A stretch of 64,000 nucleotides of DNA from the IMG/VR virus record IMGVR_UViG_3300020577_003668, positions 32,001 to 96,000 of that record; one strand, written 5' to 3'. Both the position numbers and the translations under genes were made by a program. Positions within the stretch are counted from its first letter, which is position 1. Each line of letters opens with the position of its first letter. This document shows positions 21,298-30,909 of this stretch, one piece after another. The stretch is from a virus. Its lineage: Duplodnaviria; Caudoviricetes. The notes beneath the pieces were generated by a model. The model made no database searches. It was given only the letters and a program-made list of their open reading frames with translations, and was not told where the DNA came from.

Positions 21298-22339
21298 AAT
21301 TATATTTTAGCAGTTTACCTCTACCAGTCCAGCTGGCTCGGTAGGATAAGTACGGATAAAGAAGAGGTCCGTGCCTGCTAAAATATAATTAGGAATAGTA
21401 ATGAAAGAAGAGTTTCCAAGACAACTAACTGAGGACTACTACGACGATGGTAGAGGTCCGTCATTGACCTATCACGGGTACAATCTGTATAAAACCTGTA
21501 TCGCGTGTCCTGAACAGTACGACGTGTTTAAGGATGGAAAGCTTGTAGGATATATTAGGCTTCGTGGTGGTTGGCTTCAGGCTTTTTGCCCTGATGTTTT
21601 CCTTGAGCGAGTTTACTTCCACGAGTTTCCTAACGACGAGTGGAAGGGTTGCTTTGAAACTGACGAAGAACAGGACTACTATCTAGAGTACGTAATCATA
21701 GCGATTGATGATTGGGTACGAAAAAACGAACTTGAATCGCAAAGCCTTTCTTGATATAATAATTGTTCGATATGTGATAATACCAAGCATACCGCTGAGG
21801 TACAAGGCGTAGTATGTTAGCCGGATCGCAAGACGCAAAACGAGTAATGCGGCGCACTCGGGTATATTTACTAGAGGATGAGCGCTCTAGTATCTTAATG
21901 TAGCTTCGATACCCAGGAAGACTGGTCACGGTCCTGGCAGTAATATGTGACCGTCTACAGACCCAGAGTTGAGTTTACAACTCTTCAAAAAGAAAACTGG
22001 TGGAACAGTCTAACTATCGACATTAAATTTAGTCAATCTGTGAAACACCAGGTTGGTCCCGACAGTCGCAAGTCTTTAACACGCGAGTAGGTAATATGTC
22101 TGACTATTCCGTCGAAAGATACGGTGCATTGGGGAAGACACGCTTTAAGCTGCTAACAGGCGTTTTCTATTGAGTTAGCCCAGGACCGAGTAACCTGGAC
22201 CTTTATACGAAGTAATTAAGGCTGGACGGATACGACGTACTTGAACTACGTCCGATAACGACCGCTGAGAATTGGTTGGTCCCTTTTCTACAGCTTCTAG
22301 CACGACCACTTAGTTGCTTCCTATAAAGGTTTTGAATTA

Positions 22340-22444
22340 CCCTGTATTGCTAATATTGGTAAAGAGCGACCCTTATAAAGTCGTAGTAAGCACTCAATAG
22401 ATAATTGAGCTTCAATCTTGGTTCGATTCCAAGTGCAGGGACCA
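22340..22444 (+). tRNA. tRNA-Ile(UAU) with long variable arm
   Basis: CCCTGTA/TGCAGGG+ACCA, TAT anticodon, ~33-nt variable region. Confidence 0.75.
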
Positions 22445-22448
22445 CAAC

Positions 22449-22515
22449 AGGCGAAAAGGGTAGCTCCCCTGACAGTGCCTATATCACTGTATAGCCTATC
22501 TTATATAGGAAGAGT
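22449..22515 (+). promoter_or_regulatory. Conserved pseudoknotted leader of endonuclease genes, copy 1
   Basis: GAAAAGGGTAGCTCCCC core; loop CCTATAT pairs with ATATAGG at the RBS. Confidence 0.75.
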
Positions 22516-23106
22516 ATGTATACTAAAGAAATAGTCCCATTAAAGGGCCTAAAAGCTGGCTATGTAATATTCAGAGATCATAGCCACCCCTTAGCCTATG
22601 ATGATGGCGCTGTATATTTGCACAGACATGTTGCAAGTATTAAGTTGGGGAGATGGGTTACAAGCGAAGAGTATGTTCATCATATTGATGAAAATAAGTT
22701 AAATAATGAACCTTATAATCTAGAAATACTATCTAACTCAGAGCATAGTAAGATACATAATCCAAATAATTTAAGTAAGATTATTTGCCCAACATGTAAA
22801 AAAGAATTCCAACCCATTAGTTGCAAAATACAATATTGTTCTCCTAAATGTTACGCAGTAACAACTATTAAAAATACAAAGATAACAAAAGAATTATTAG
22901 ATGAACTTATACCTAAGACTTCTTGGAGAGATTTAGGTAATATGTTTGGATATTCAGATAACGGAATAAAGAAGCGTGCTAAGGCTTTAGGGTGTGACAC
23001 TTCTAATGCAAAGAATAAGCGAATGCCAGCTAGACCGAATGGGGGGTACACGCTTGATAAGCGTGCTGTACTTGGATCGAAACCAAGAGTTGGTACCAAA
23101 GGATAA
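22516..23106 (+). CDS. HNH homing endonuclease
   Basis: YLHRHV, VHHIDENKLNN, NL..L...EH, CPTC/YCS..C. Confidence 0.9.
   Translation: MYTKEIVPLKGLKAGYVIFRDHSHPLAYDDGAVYLHRHVASIKLGRWVTSEEYVHHIDENKLNNEPYNLEILSNSEHSKIHNPNNLSKIICPTCKKEFQPISCKIQYCSPKCYAVTTIKNTKITKELLDELIPKTSWRDLGNMFGYSDNGIKKRAKALGCDTSNAKNKRMPARPNGGYTLDKRAVLGSKPRVGTKG
23025..23098 (+). tRNA. tRNA-Ile(GAU)
   Basis: Cloverleaf, GAT anticodon, CCA; lies inside the 3' end of the HNH ORF. Confidence 0.85.
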
Positions 23107-23107
23107 T

Positions 23108-23190
23108 GCCCCTGTGACTTATGCAAATTGGCACAGCTACGAGTCTTAGAAGCTCGGTTTTTCCCGGTTCGAATCCGGGCGGGGGTACCA
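23108..23190 (+). tRNA. tRNA-Leu(UAG), short variable arm
   Basis: CGAGT-CTTAGAA-GCTCG, CCA. Confidence 0.85.
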
Positions 23191-23235
23191 AATTTTCAGA
23201 TTGATTTTAGAATCCATCCATAGTATAATTATATT

Positions 23236-23874
23236 ATGGAGGACTCAAAAATGATCGAAGAATTAGTATACAAAATATGTACAGTAATCGGGGAGGACCC
23301 CGATAAAAAAATAAAGAGACCTATAAGAGGTCTACCAGGTATAACTGTATTTAGTCTAATAGAGGCGCTATTAGTAGCCGGTACCCTTAATAAGGCTGCT
23401 GAATATTTAGGATATACCACCAATCCCGTAAAACAGGCAATTAAAGAGGTACTAATACCTACCTTTAGTACTAGGCATAAAGAATATGGTAGTGGAGGTG
23501 GTCTAACCCCCTGGAAATACGAGTTACTAAAGTGTATTAACTATAAGTGTTGTGGCCAATGTAATAGAATATTGCCACATAGCGAATATTACTCTAATAC
23601 GTCTAGAATAGTAGATGGGCTTGCAAGTTTTTGTAAATCGTGTAATATAGCTGCTTCAAAATCCCACAAGTATTATATAGTACAAAGAACCCCTTCCTGG
23701 TCGGAACTAGACTTAATAGCCGAATTCTATAGAAACTGTCCTATAGGTTATCACGTAGATCATATATTACCCCTCAGAGGGAATAACGTAAGTGGCTTAC
23801 ACGTATTAAGTAATCTACAATATCTCTCCGCCACAGAAAACATGAAAAAGGGTAATAAGTTTAGTATTGAATAA
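23236..23874 (+). CDS. HNH endonuclease
   Basis: GYHVDHILPL...GLHV..NLQ...EN.KK.N. Confidence 0.9.
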   Translation: MEDSKMIEELVYKICTVIGEDPDKKIKRPIRGLPGITVFSLIEALLVAGTLNKAAEYLGYTTNPVKQAIKEVLIPTFSTRHKEYGSGGGLTPWKYELLKCINYKCCGQCNRILPHSEYYSNTSRIVDGLASFCKSCNIAASKSHKYYIVQRTPSWSELDLIAEFYRNCPIGYHVDHILPLRGNNVSGLHVLSNLQYLSATENMKKGNKFSIE

Positions 23875-23876
23875 TT

Positions 23877-23961
23877 GCCAGAGTGGAGTAACGGTAGCCT
23901 CTGCGGACTTAAAATTCGCCGTCCTTGTGGCGTACGGGTTCGATTCCCGTCTCTGGTACCA
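23877..23961 (+). tRNA. tRNA-Leu(UAA)
   Basis: Cloverleaf with V-arm, CCA. Confidence 0.9.
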
Positions 23962-23967
23962 AATAAT

Positions 23968-24043
23968 ACGAAAATAACTCAAATGGCTAGAGTCCCGCCT
24001 CTTAAGCGGTGAGATCCTGGTTCGATCCCAGGTTTTCGTACCA
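23968..24043 (+). tRNA. tRNA-Lys(CUU)
   Basis: Cloverleaf, CCA. Confidence 0.9.
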
Positions 24044-24160
24044 AGAACAGCGGAGTTGAGACCCGAAAACTAGAACCAACCGTATAAGTTACCTTATACG
24101 ACTTAGGTGGTCGAATTCTAGCACGATAGTTGAAGCCTTAGACTATCCTCTTACGTTTCT

Positions 24161-24306
24161 AAAACCGCGGGCTAGTTTAATAGGAAAAACACCGCGCGCG
24201 AAACTCCCTACCCTATGGCAGTATGTACGGTCTGCAGCCGACTATATACGTAAGCAATGGGACATACATGTGAGATACATCTTTCGAAGGATGTGCCCAC
24301 GGTTTT
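24161..24306 (+). ncRNA. tRNA-like RNA with expanded anticodon domain
   Basis: CCGCGGGC/GCCCACGG closing stem, TAGTTTAATAGGAAAAAC D-arm, ACATC-TTTCGAAG-GATGT T-like arm. Confidence 0.5.
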
Positions 24307-24322
24307 AGGAACTTAACATAAA

Positions 24323-24757
24323 ATGATTACATATACAAAAGGTAACGTAGCTTTAGCTAGAGAAGCTCATATTGCTCATGGCTGTAATGCTCAAGGCGTT
24401 ATGGGTTCTGGCGTAGCTAAGGAAATTCGTAGGCTATACCCTGATGCATATACTGCATATCGTATGGCGTACTTGCGTACAGGGCTTGAACTTGGTTCAG
24501 TTGTTGTAGCTACTCCTATTGACGGTAAGATCATCTATAACTGCATTACTCAGCAGTATTATGGTAATGATGATAAGGTATACGCTTCGTATGAAGCAAT
24601 TGCTAAATGCTTCGCCTTCATGAACGGTTGGGTAGCGGGCAGAGCTGCTTTAGCAATTCCACGTATTGGCTGTGGGCTTGGTGGACTTGAATGGGATAAA
24701 GTAGAAGCTATTATCTTGAAGGCTGCACGTTACGACGTTGTAGTCTACGATATTTGA
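24323..24757 (+). CDS. Macro domain (Poa1p/DarG-like) protein
   Basis: HGCNAQGVMGSGVA, PRIGCGLGGL.W. Confidence 0.9.
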   Translation: MITYTKGNVALAREAHIAHGCNAQGVMGSGVAKEIRRLYPDAYTAYRMAYLRTGLELGSVVVATPIDGKIIYNCITQQYYGNDDKVYASYEAIAKCFAFMNGWVAGRAALAIPRIGCGLGGLEWDKVEAIILKAARYDVVVYDI

Positions 24758-24812
24758 TCTTGATTTCAGCGCTTAGACAGTATATAATATTGTCTAATCA
24801 GTGAGATTTTGA

Positions 24813-25124
24813 ATGACTAAAAAGAGATTTGGCGTGACCGCTATCATTTATGATAAGCGTGGTCGGGTTTTGAGTGTTGGTAGTAATAGTTATGTAAAGA
24901 CCCACCCGCTTCAAGCGGATCACGCTCGTCGTGCCGGGGAACCCAGTAAGATTTACCTACACGCGGAAATTCATGCGATTACTCGCTGCCGCGACATTTC
25001 TAAAGCCTATCGTATGGCTATTTTTAGGTATCTTGAAGATGGTTCCCCGGCGAGGGCGTGTCCTTGTAATATCTGTCGTAGCGCTATTGACGCTACCCCT
25101 ATTAAGATTGTTGAGCATACATGA
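24813..25124 (+). CDS. Zn-dependent nucleotide/cytidine deaminase-like protein
   Basis: HAE and PC..C motifs. Confidence 0.8.
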   Translation: MTKKRFGVTAIIYDKRGRVLSVGSNSYVKTHPLQADHARRAGEPSKIYLHAEIHAITRCRDISKAYRMAIFRYLEDGSPARACPCNICRSAIDATPIKIVEHT

Positions 25125-25319
25125 CCACTAATACTAAAGGTACCCCCAAGTCTTGTTCGTGTTCCCAATGCCGTAGAGGCAAACACGACGGAGCAAAAGA
25201 TATTGTAAAAGCAGATGAGCGGGCTTATCGGCACGCTGCAAAAATTGCTCTAGCTAATATGGATCTAGAAGAAGGCGTTGTGCTTAATTCTGGGCCCATT
25301 GGAAATTACTACGATTAAA

Positions 25320-25395
25320 CTCTCATAAGTGTTGCCTGATGGCATACTGCGTTTGGGGCGCAGTGGGGAAGGTTTGAATCCTTCATGGGAGACCA
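25320..25395 (+). tRNA. tRNA-Pro(UGG)
   Basis: Cloverleaf, CCA. Confidence 0.85.
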
Positions 25396-25453
25396 ATTAA
25401 AAAAATTAACTTGATTTTGTGCTGCATTTCAAGTATAATGATTACTAATCAGT

Positions 25454-25529
25454 GGGATTGTGGCGAAAGGGTTATCGCATCACCCTTTTAAGGTGTAAGT
25501 TATTGGTTCGAATCCAATCAGTCCTACCA
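25454..25529 (+). tRNA. tRNA-Lys(UUU)
   Basis: Cloverleaf, CCA. Confidence 0.9.
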
Positions 25530-25751
25530 AAGAATTACCGAGCATTTTAGCTGGCGCTTCCGACAACCTCCGGATAGGCTACTATGTGTGTTAGAGGTGA
25601 CGCGAGTAAGTGGCGATCTCAAGGGCCTAGCGTTAATGCAACGTATAGGATATCCAAGTATCAAAACCTCGTTCGGTGTAGTGAGCTAATTTTGTATTTT
25701 TTACGAGTTCACTTTAATCTCTAGACGTTAAAAACCCTTAGTTCGCTAAGG

Positions 25752-25827
25752 CGTGATCTTATCTCAAGTGGAAGAGAGCAAGGCTGTGAACCTTGTAAGT
25801 ACGATTTCGACTATCGTAGATCACCCC
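25752..25827 (+). tRNA. tRNA-His(GUG)
   Basis: Cloverleaf, C73; CCA incomplete. Confidence 0.8.
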
Positions 25828-25845
25828 TTAACGAATTAAATTTAT

Positions 25846-25921
25846 TGCGGGCGAGGAAGACGGCAATCCAGCAGGCTCATAACCTGAAAATACTCAGTTC
25901 AACTCTGAGGCTCCGCAACCA
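25846..25921 (+). tRNA. tRNA-Met(CAU), possibly initiator type
   Basis: CAGG-CTCATAA-CCTG, CCA. Confidence 0.8.
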
Positions 25922-26140
25922 ATAAATAGCATAGGCGGTAGCATTATGCGTAGGTGAGACTCCTACAACTAATTAAAGACTTAAGGTAACGAATATACGT
26001 AGGCAGGATGACCGGATCAAGTCGCTTCGGCGAATGAGAGTTCAAATCGAACTTGTTCTTGTGAATAAGCCCATGCGCGGTGACGTACTTTTCGCGGAAC
26101 TGAGGATACTGCGCTGGTAATTGTCGCCCTCATTATTTTA

Positions 26141-26212
26141 GCGGCTAAGGTGTTTATGGACGCACGTTAGTCTTCCAAACTTAAGGAGTCGGATCGTTAC
26201 CGACTAGCCGCT
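26141..26212 (+). tRNA. tRNA-Gly(UCC)
   Basis: GCGGCTA/TAGCCGC-T, TCC anticodon; CCA not encoded. Confidence 0.8.
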
Positions 26213-26219
26213 CATCTAT

Positions 26220-26289
26220 AAGACGAAAAGGGTAGCTCCCCTGTCATTGCCTATATCAATGACTAGTCTTTTCTTATATAGGAAGAATT
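26220..26289 (+). promoter_or_regulatory. Conserved pseudoknotted leader, copy 2
   Basis: Same core with compensatory stem changes. Confidence 0.75.
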
Positions 26290-27009
26290 ATGACAATAGG
26301 AATATACTCTCTTTATTGGGAGAAAGAAGACTTAGTTTATGTTGGGCTGTCTCAGAATATAGAAGATAGATACAGAGAACATATTCTAAAAATGAGAAAA
26401 TTAAAGCATTCTAACTATAAAGTGCAGAATGCATATAATTTATATGGAATACCCAGACTAGCTATATTAGAAGAATGTAGTATACCAGAATTAAACGATA
26501 AAGAAATCTTTTGGACAAAAGAATTTAATTCTATTAATGCTGGGTTAAATATAGTAGAGGCAGGCGAAGTAGGTTGGGGTGTTAATTCGAATGCATCCAA
26601 ATATACTAAAAGACAAATATTAAAAGTATTTGCTGTATTATACAATACTTTTAATTCTGCCGAACAAATAGCTAGTAGGTGCGGAGTCCCTACGTCTTTT
26701 GTGCACACTATCTCTAAAGGAGATAGTCATAAGTGGTTGGAAGATGAATACCCGCAACAATTTGCAAAAATGCGTAAAATTGCTGAGTCGAGGGTAAGAC
26801 AGAAATTTTCTTCTGATATTATCTATATTAAAAACAATATAGTATATCTAAAAAGTCCTACTGGTGAAATAGTAAAAATAGATACCTCTATACGTGAGTT
26901 TTGTAGAAAACATAATTTAAACTCAGGCCCTATGTCTGAAGTTATAAAGGGCCAGAGAAATCAAAATAAAGGGTGGACTTTACATGCCCATTCTAAGAAA
27001 GAGGTATAG
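26290..27009 (+). CDS. GIY-YIG homing endonuclease
   Basis: GIY..VYVGLS...R..H; paralog of 18062. Confidence 0.9.
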   Translation: MTIGIYSLYWEKEDLVYVGLSQNIEDRYREHILKMRKLKHSNYKVQNAYNLYGIPRLAILEECSIPELNDKEIFWTKEFNSINAGLNIVEAGEVGWGVNSNASKYTKRQILKVFAVLYNTFNSAEQIASRCGVPTSFVHTISKGDSHKWLEDEYPQQFAKMRKIAESRVRQKFSSDIIYIKNNIVYLKSPTGEIVKIDTSIREFCRKHNLNSGPMSEVIKGQRNQNKGWTLHAHSKKEV

Positions 27010-27048
27010 TACGACCCGCAAATCAGTACTGCAAATAGAGATATTTGC

Positions 27049-27133
27049 TCCAAGGTGGCCAGAGTGGTAATGGTCCTCGCTGTTAACGAGATATGGTTAA
27101 CTACCTTCGTAGGTTCGATCCCTACCCTTGGAG
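27049..27133 (+). tRNA. tRNA-Asn(GUU) with long variable arm
   Basis: TCCAAGG/CCTTGGA-G, GTT anticodon. Confidence 0.85.
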
Positions 27134-27322
27134 CAAATATCTTTAGATACTACTAATAATTAAGTATTCTTTTGGGTATGAGTGTTAGACGTAACACCTA
27201 TGGGCCTGTTCTGGCGAGGAACTACCCTGATATAACTGTCTAGTCGCTATGGGATGAAAGCATCAGACCCCTAAATAGGACATAAGAATACTTAATTATT
27301 GGGCTTGTAGTATAGAATTATA

Positions 27323-27397
27323 GGGCTGTTCGTATACTGGGTATTACTTCTGTTTTGCATGCAGAAAAAGGCGGATCGTAACCGCCACGGTCCACCA
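27323..27397 (+). tRNA. tRNA-Ala(UGC)
   Basis: G3:U70, TGC anticodon, CCA. Confidence 0.9.
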
Positions 27398-27400
27398 TAT

Positions 27401-27473
27401 TAAGCGAAAAGGGTAGCTCCCCCGCTGTTGCCAACTCAACAGCTAGCTTATTAGTTTCTAGTTGGAGATAAAA
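27401..27473 (+). promoter_or_regulatory. Conserved pseudoknotted leader, copy 3
   Basis: Loop CCAACT pairs with AGTTGG overlapping the GGAG RBS. Confidence 0.75.
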
Positions 27474-27974
27474 ATGATTATAAAAGAATTTGTATCTAAG
27501 GATACATCTAATAGAACTCGTATGTTTTTAGAACTTCAATGCGAAGTTTGTAAGACTATATTTAGTAGGCAAAAAAGACTAGTAAATACACATACGTGTT
27601 CTGCTAAATGTAGAAATGCCTTTACAGGTATAACTGTAGAATTACAGTGTGATAACTGTGGGGTACCTTTCTTTAGAGCTAAATCTAAACTAGATAATTC
27701 TAAGTCTGGTAAGTATTTTTGCTGTAGACAGTGTAAAGATACTGCACAAACATATATGGAAGAAATAAGGCCGGAACATTATGGTAATGGTAGAGCTTCC
27801 TATAGAGAAAAAGCTTTTAGACATTATAAACCTATTTGTACAAAATGTGGTTTTTCTAATAGATTAGCCCTAGAAGTTCATCATAAAGACAAAGATCGTA
27901 ATAATAACGAAATAGATAATTTAGAAATATTATGTGCTAATTGTCATAATATTTCTCATGCTCTTTTAGCTTAG
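27474..27974 (+). CDS. HNH endonuclease with Zn fingers
   Basis: CTKCG..LEVHHKD..R.NN...NL..LC.NCH. Confidence 0.9.
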   Translation: MIIKEFVSKDTSNRTRMFLELQCEVCKTIFSRQKRLVNTHTCSAKCRNAFTGITVELQCDNCGVPFFRAKSKLDNSKSGKYFCCRQCKDTAQTYMEEIRPEHYGNGRASYREKAFRHYKPICTKCGFSNRLALEVHHKDKDRNNNEIDNLEILCANCHNISHALLA

Positions 27975-28034
27975 TGGAAAAGCCCCTACTTGGTATGTAG
28001 GAGAGCGTTAGTTCGATTCTAACATAGAGCACCA
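27960..28034 (+). tRNA. tRNA-Thr(GGU)
   Basis: Cloverleaf, CCA. Confidence 0.85.
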
Positions 28035-28679
28035 TATTACTATTATTCGATCTGGATTCGTCTCGCTAACTACTGTAGTTTATGAGTCAGTATCGCAAAT
28101 AGCTCATGGCGATAGAGTTACTATGCCAACTAATTAAATACTATGAAAATTAAAGACTTGATCGCTGAACTGGAAGCATTGTATAATACATATGATGATG
28201 AATACAAAGAGATTATGGGCGAGCCTGGAATCTCTTTGGATGTGTTTAGACGAAAGTACCCAGGCAGTCCTAACCCTGATAGGTTATATGCTGGTATTAC
28301 TGCTGATATCAAAATAGAAAAGTATCCACGTAACTGGTACGAACCAGTTATCAACGCTTTTGCGGAACCTTATGATGAAGATCACGATAAAACTGAAGAA
28401 GGCAAGAAACGTATTGGTAGTCCTTGCCCGTGGCCGCAAAGCTGGCAAACATAAAATTTCTGCTAGAAAGCTGGCACGTAACGAAGTATGAAAAGAGCTC
28501 TAGGATTTATTTTTATAATAGGCTCAGCGTTAGCTAGCTAGTTACAAAAGGGTTGCTGCACTCCGCAACTGTATTCATTATTCTAGCCTGCTCGTCATTT
28601 ATATTGGCCGAGCTAGAAGATATTAAGGATAAACTAAAATGAAAGATTTATCGCGACAGCAGTCGATCGCCGCATCTAA

Positions 28680-28754
28680 TGCCGGTAAATCGACTGTATC
28701 AGATACTTGGCTTTGACCCAAGGTAAGTAGGTTAGATTCCTACACCGGCTGCCA
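28680..28754 (+). tRNA. tRNA-Gln(UUG)
   Basis: TTG anticodon, U1:U72 mismatch, GCCA. Confidence 0.8.
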
Positions 28755-28760
28755 AACATT

Positions 28761-28837
28761 CCCACCTTCGTATAACGGATTTATTACACAACGCTACGAA
28801 CGTTAAAATTGGGGTTCGATTCCCTAAGGTGGGTCCA
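28761..28837 (+). tRNA. tRNA-Arg(ACG)
   Basis: Cloverleaf, CCA. Confidence 0.85.
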
Positions 28838-28848
28838 TTAATTTTTAC

Positions 28849-28877
28849 TTGAATACGCCAAGTTATTAGCGTATAAT
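28849..28877 (+). promoter_or_regulatory. sigma70 promoter of the Y-RNA/Ro unit
   Basis: TTGAAT-17bp-TATAAT. Confidence 0.75.
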
Positions 28878-28916
28878 AGATTTATCGGTTGAGAGATCAG
28901 CCAGCTAAAGTAAGCT

Positions 28917-29121
28917 CCTATTGTAGCGAGGTATTCAGTTACTTCATATAATAGAACTGTCCTGTAAAACCTTGGAGATAATAAACTCTTTAAAGTTGGG
29001 ACAAAAACAAGAACCTTGACAAACGCATGAAATAAAGCAAAGCTAATGGAATACCGCTAGCTAGATAAGTGGTCAAGCAAAAATAACACTTATCGGTCCT
29101 GAATCGAATAATCTCGATAGG
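28917..29121 (+). ncRNA. Y-RNA-like unit 1
   Basis: CCTATTG-TAGCG...TTCAG-TTACTTC...CTGAA...CGATAGG. Confidence 0.65.
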
Positions 29122-29131
29122 AACTTACTTT

Positions 29132-29269
29132 AGCTGTAGCGACATAGATAGTTACTTCTTGGTTCAACTCCAAGTTTCGGGGCTTTGAGTATTATGTACT
29201 CAAAGCCCCGAAACTGAGCATGGTGCTCAACAGCCAGCAATGGCTACTATTTATAAATTTTACTCAGCT
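29132..29269 (+). ncRNA. Y-RNA-like unit 2 (YrlA-type tRNA-like domain)
   Basis: Shared motif plus T-arm TTGG-TTCAACT-CCAA, 18-bp capped acceptor-like stem, D-like TGAGC-ATGGT-GCTCA. Confidence 0.8.
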
Positions 29270-29278
29270 TCTTAATAT

Positions 29279-29430
29279 TGTGTGGTGTTAGAAACGGTTA
29301 CTTCATTTTGGATATGACTGTATGTGGGTTCGAGTCCCGCCGGCCCTAATAAATGTACTAAGTATATTTATTAGGGCCGTAGGCAAATTGGTAAAGCCGG
29401 TAAAAAGCTCTGTTTCGCCTTGTTCCCACA
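29279..29430 (+). ncRNA. Y-RNA-like unit 3 (YrlA-type tRNA-like domain)
   Basis: T-arm GTGGG-TTCGAGT-CCCGC, capped stem CGGCCCTAATAAAT/ATTTATTAGGGCCG, D-arm GGC-AAATTGGTAAA-GCC in T-acceptor-D order. Confidence 0.85.
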
Positions 29431-29442
29431 GTTTTTAAATAC

Positions 29443-29550
29443 GACATAGCGTATTATTAGTTACTTCACTCACCACTTTAGAGTATGAACTGGTTCAATC
29501 CCAGACAGAGCTAGTCGGAATTGCTCATTACTAATAAGTTTGTTCTTGTC
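29443..29550 (+). ncRNA. Y-RNA-like unit 4
   Basis: GACA-TAGCG..TTATTAG-TTACTTC...CTAATAA-GTTTGTTCT-TGTC; internal T-loop-like hairpin. Confidence 0.7.
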
Positions 29551-29577
29551 ACCTTCTAATTAATTAAAGAAAACAAA

Positions 29578-30909
29578 ATGTCTAGCCTAAATCGTACTGT
29601 ATATCGCCAAAATATTACTGGTGCCCAAATGGCCCAGAATCATCACGGCCTGAAGGTTACTGCCCTATCTCCTGAAGCCAAGCTGACTCGCCTAACCATG
29701 GCGCACATGCTTTGGGAAAAGCAATTCTATGTTGACGGACAGAAGTCCGCCGACCTAATGGCGTCCCTTGTTACCAAGGTGTCACCATCGTTCGTGTCCA
29801 ACCTGGCTCGCCAGGCGCGCGATAAGTTCAAGCTTCGTCACGTGCCTCTGCACCTGATGCGTTCACTTGCGAAGTCAGGCGCTCTCAAGGCGGCTGATCT
29901 AGCTGAAGTGATCCAACGTCCGGACGAACTTTCCGAGTTCGTTTCCCTTTACTGGGCCGACAAGAAGCAACCTCTGTCCAACCAGGTTAAGAAGGGTCTT
30001 GCACTTGCCTTTGGTAAGTTCAACGAATACCAACTTGCTAAGTGGGATAAGAACTCCGCAGTGGTATCGCTGCGCGACGTGATGTTCCTAGCACACCCAA
30101 AGCCTGCTAACGCAGAGCAAGCTGCCCTTTTCAAGAAGGTAGCAGACCAAAAGCTAGAAACCCCTGATACTTGGGAAACCAATCTATCTGCGGGTGCGGA
30201 TAAGAAGGCTACTTTTACCACCCTAATGCAGGATGGTAAGCTAGGTGCGCTTGCGTTCCTACGTAACCTTCGTAACATGGTGGAATCTGGTGTATCCGAA
30301 TCTCTGATTCGTGATTACTCCAAGACAGTTAACACTGATCGTGTTCTACCTTTCCGTTTCCTTGCGGCAGCCCGCATTGTTCCTCAATTTGAGGACATGC
30401 TAGAAGCAATGATGTTCCGTTCCTGCGAAGGTATGGAAAAGCTGCCAGGCAAGACTAAGCTATACGTAGACGTTTCCGGCTCCATGTATACCCCTAAGGT
30501 TAGTGAAAAGTCCGACCTAACACGTCAGGATGCTTCGCTTGCCCTAGCTATTCTGTGTCGGGAACTATGCGAAGAAGTAGAAATCTACAGCTTCAGCGGA
30601 AAATCTCTACGTATTGCCCCTCGCCGAGGGTTTGCTCTAGCAGACGCTATCAAGACCAGCCAAGGCTGCTCTGGTACTCAGCTAGGACATAGTCTGAAAG
30701 AAACCGAATCTAAAGCTGATCGCATCGTTGTAATCACTGATGAACAATCTAGTGATATGCCTTCTGCTCCTTTTGGTGGAGCCAAGGGTTACCTAATCAA
30801 CGTAGGTAGCTATCAGAACGGCGTTAACCATAACGCCTGGACTAGCATTACTGGCTTCTCCGAAGCTGTATTTAGCTATATCCAAATGTTCGAACGCGAA
30901 GGCGTTTAA
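29578..30909 (+). CDS. Ro60/Rsr-like TROVE-domain RNA-binding protein
   Basis: TROVE motifs (F.EYQLAKW, LRDV..L.HPKP, TWE..LS, A.LRNLRN, LPFRF) and vWA MIDAS DVSGS..T..ITDEQ. Confidence 0.93.
   Translation: MSSLNRTVYRQNITGAQMAQNHHGLKVTALSPEAKLTRLTMAHMLWEKQFYVDGQKSADLMASLVTKVSPSFVSNLARQARDKFKLRHVPLHLMRSLAKSGALKAADLAEVIQRPDELSEFVSLYWADKKQPLSNQVKKGLALAFGKFNEYQLAKWDKNSAVVSLRDVMFLAHPKPANAEQAALFKKVADQKLETPDTWETNLSAGADKKATFTTLMQDGKLGALAFLRNLRNMVESGVSESLIRDYSKTVNTDRVLPFRFLAAARIVPQFEDMLEAMMFRSCEGMEKLPGKTKLYVDVSGSMYTPKVSEKSDLTRQDASLALAILCRELCEEVEIYSFSGKSLRIAPRRGFALADAIKTSQGCSGTQLGHSLKETESKADRIVVITDEQSSDMPSAPFGGAKGYLINVGSYQNGVNHNAWTSITGFSEAVFSYIQMFEREGV

Noticed and set aside
27301-27322. Extra tRNA before tRNA-Ala
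   Set aside because: Only a 5' fragment, with no anticodon or T-arm of its own
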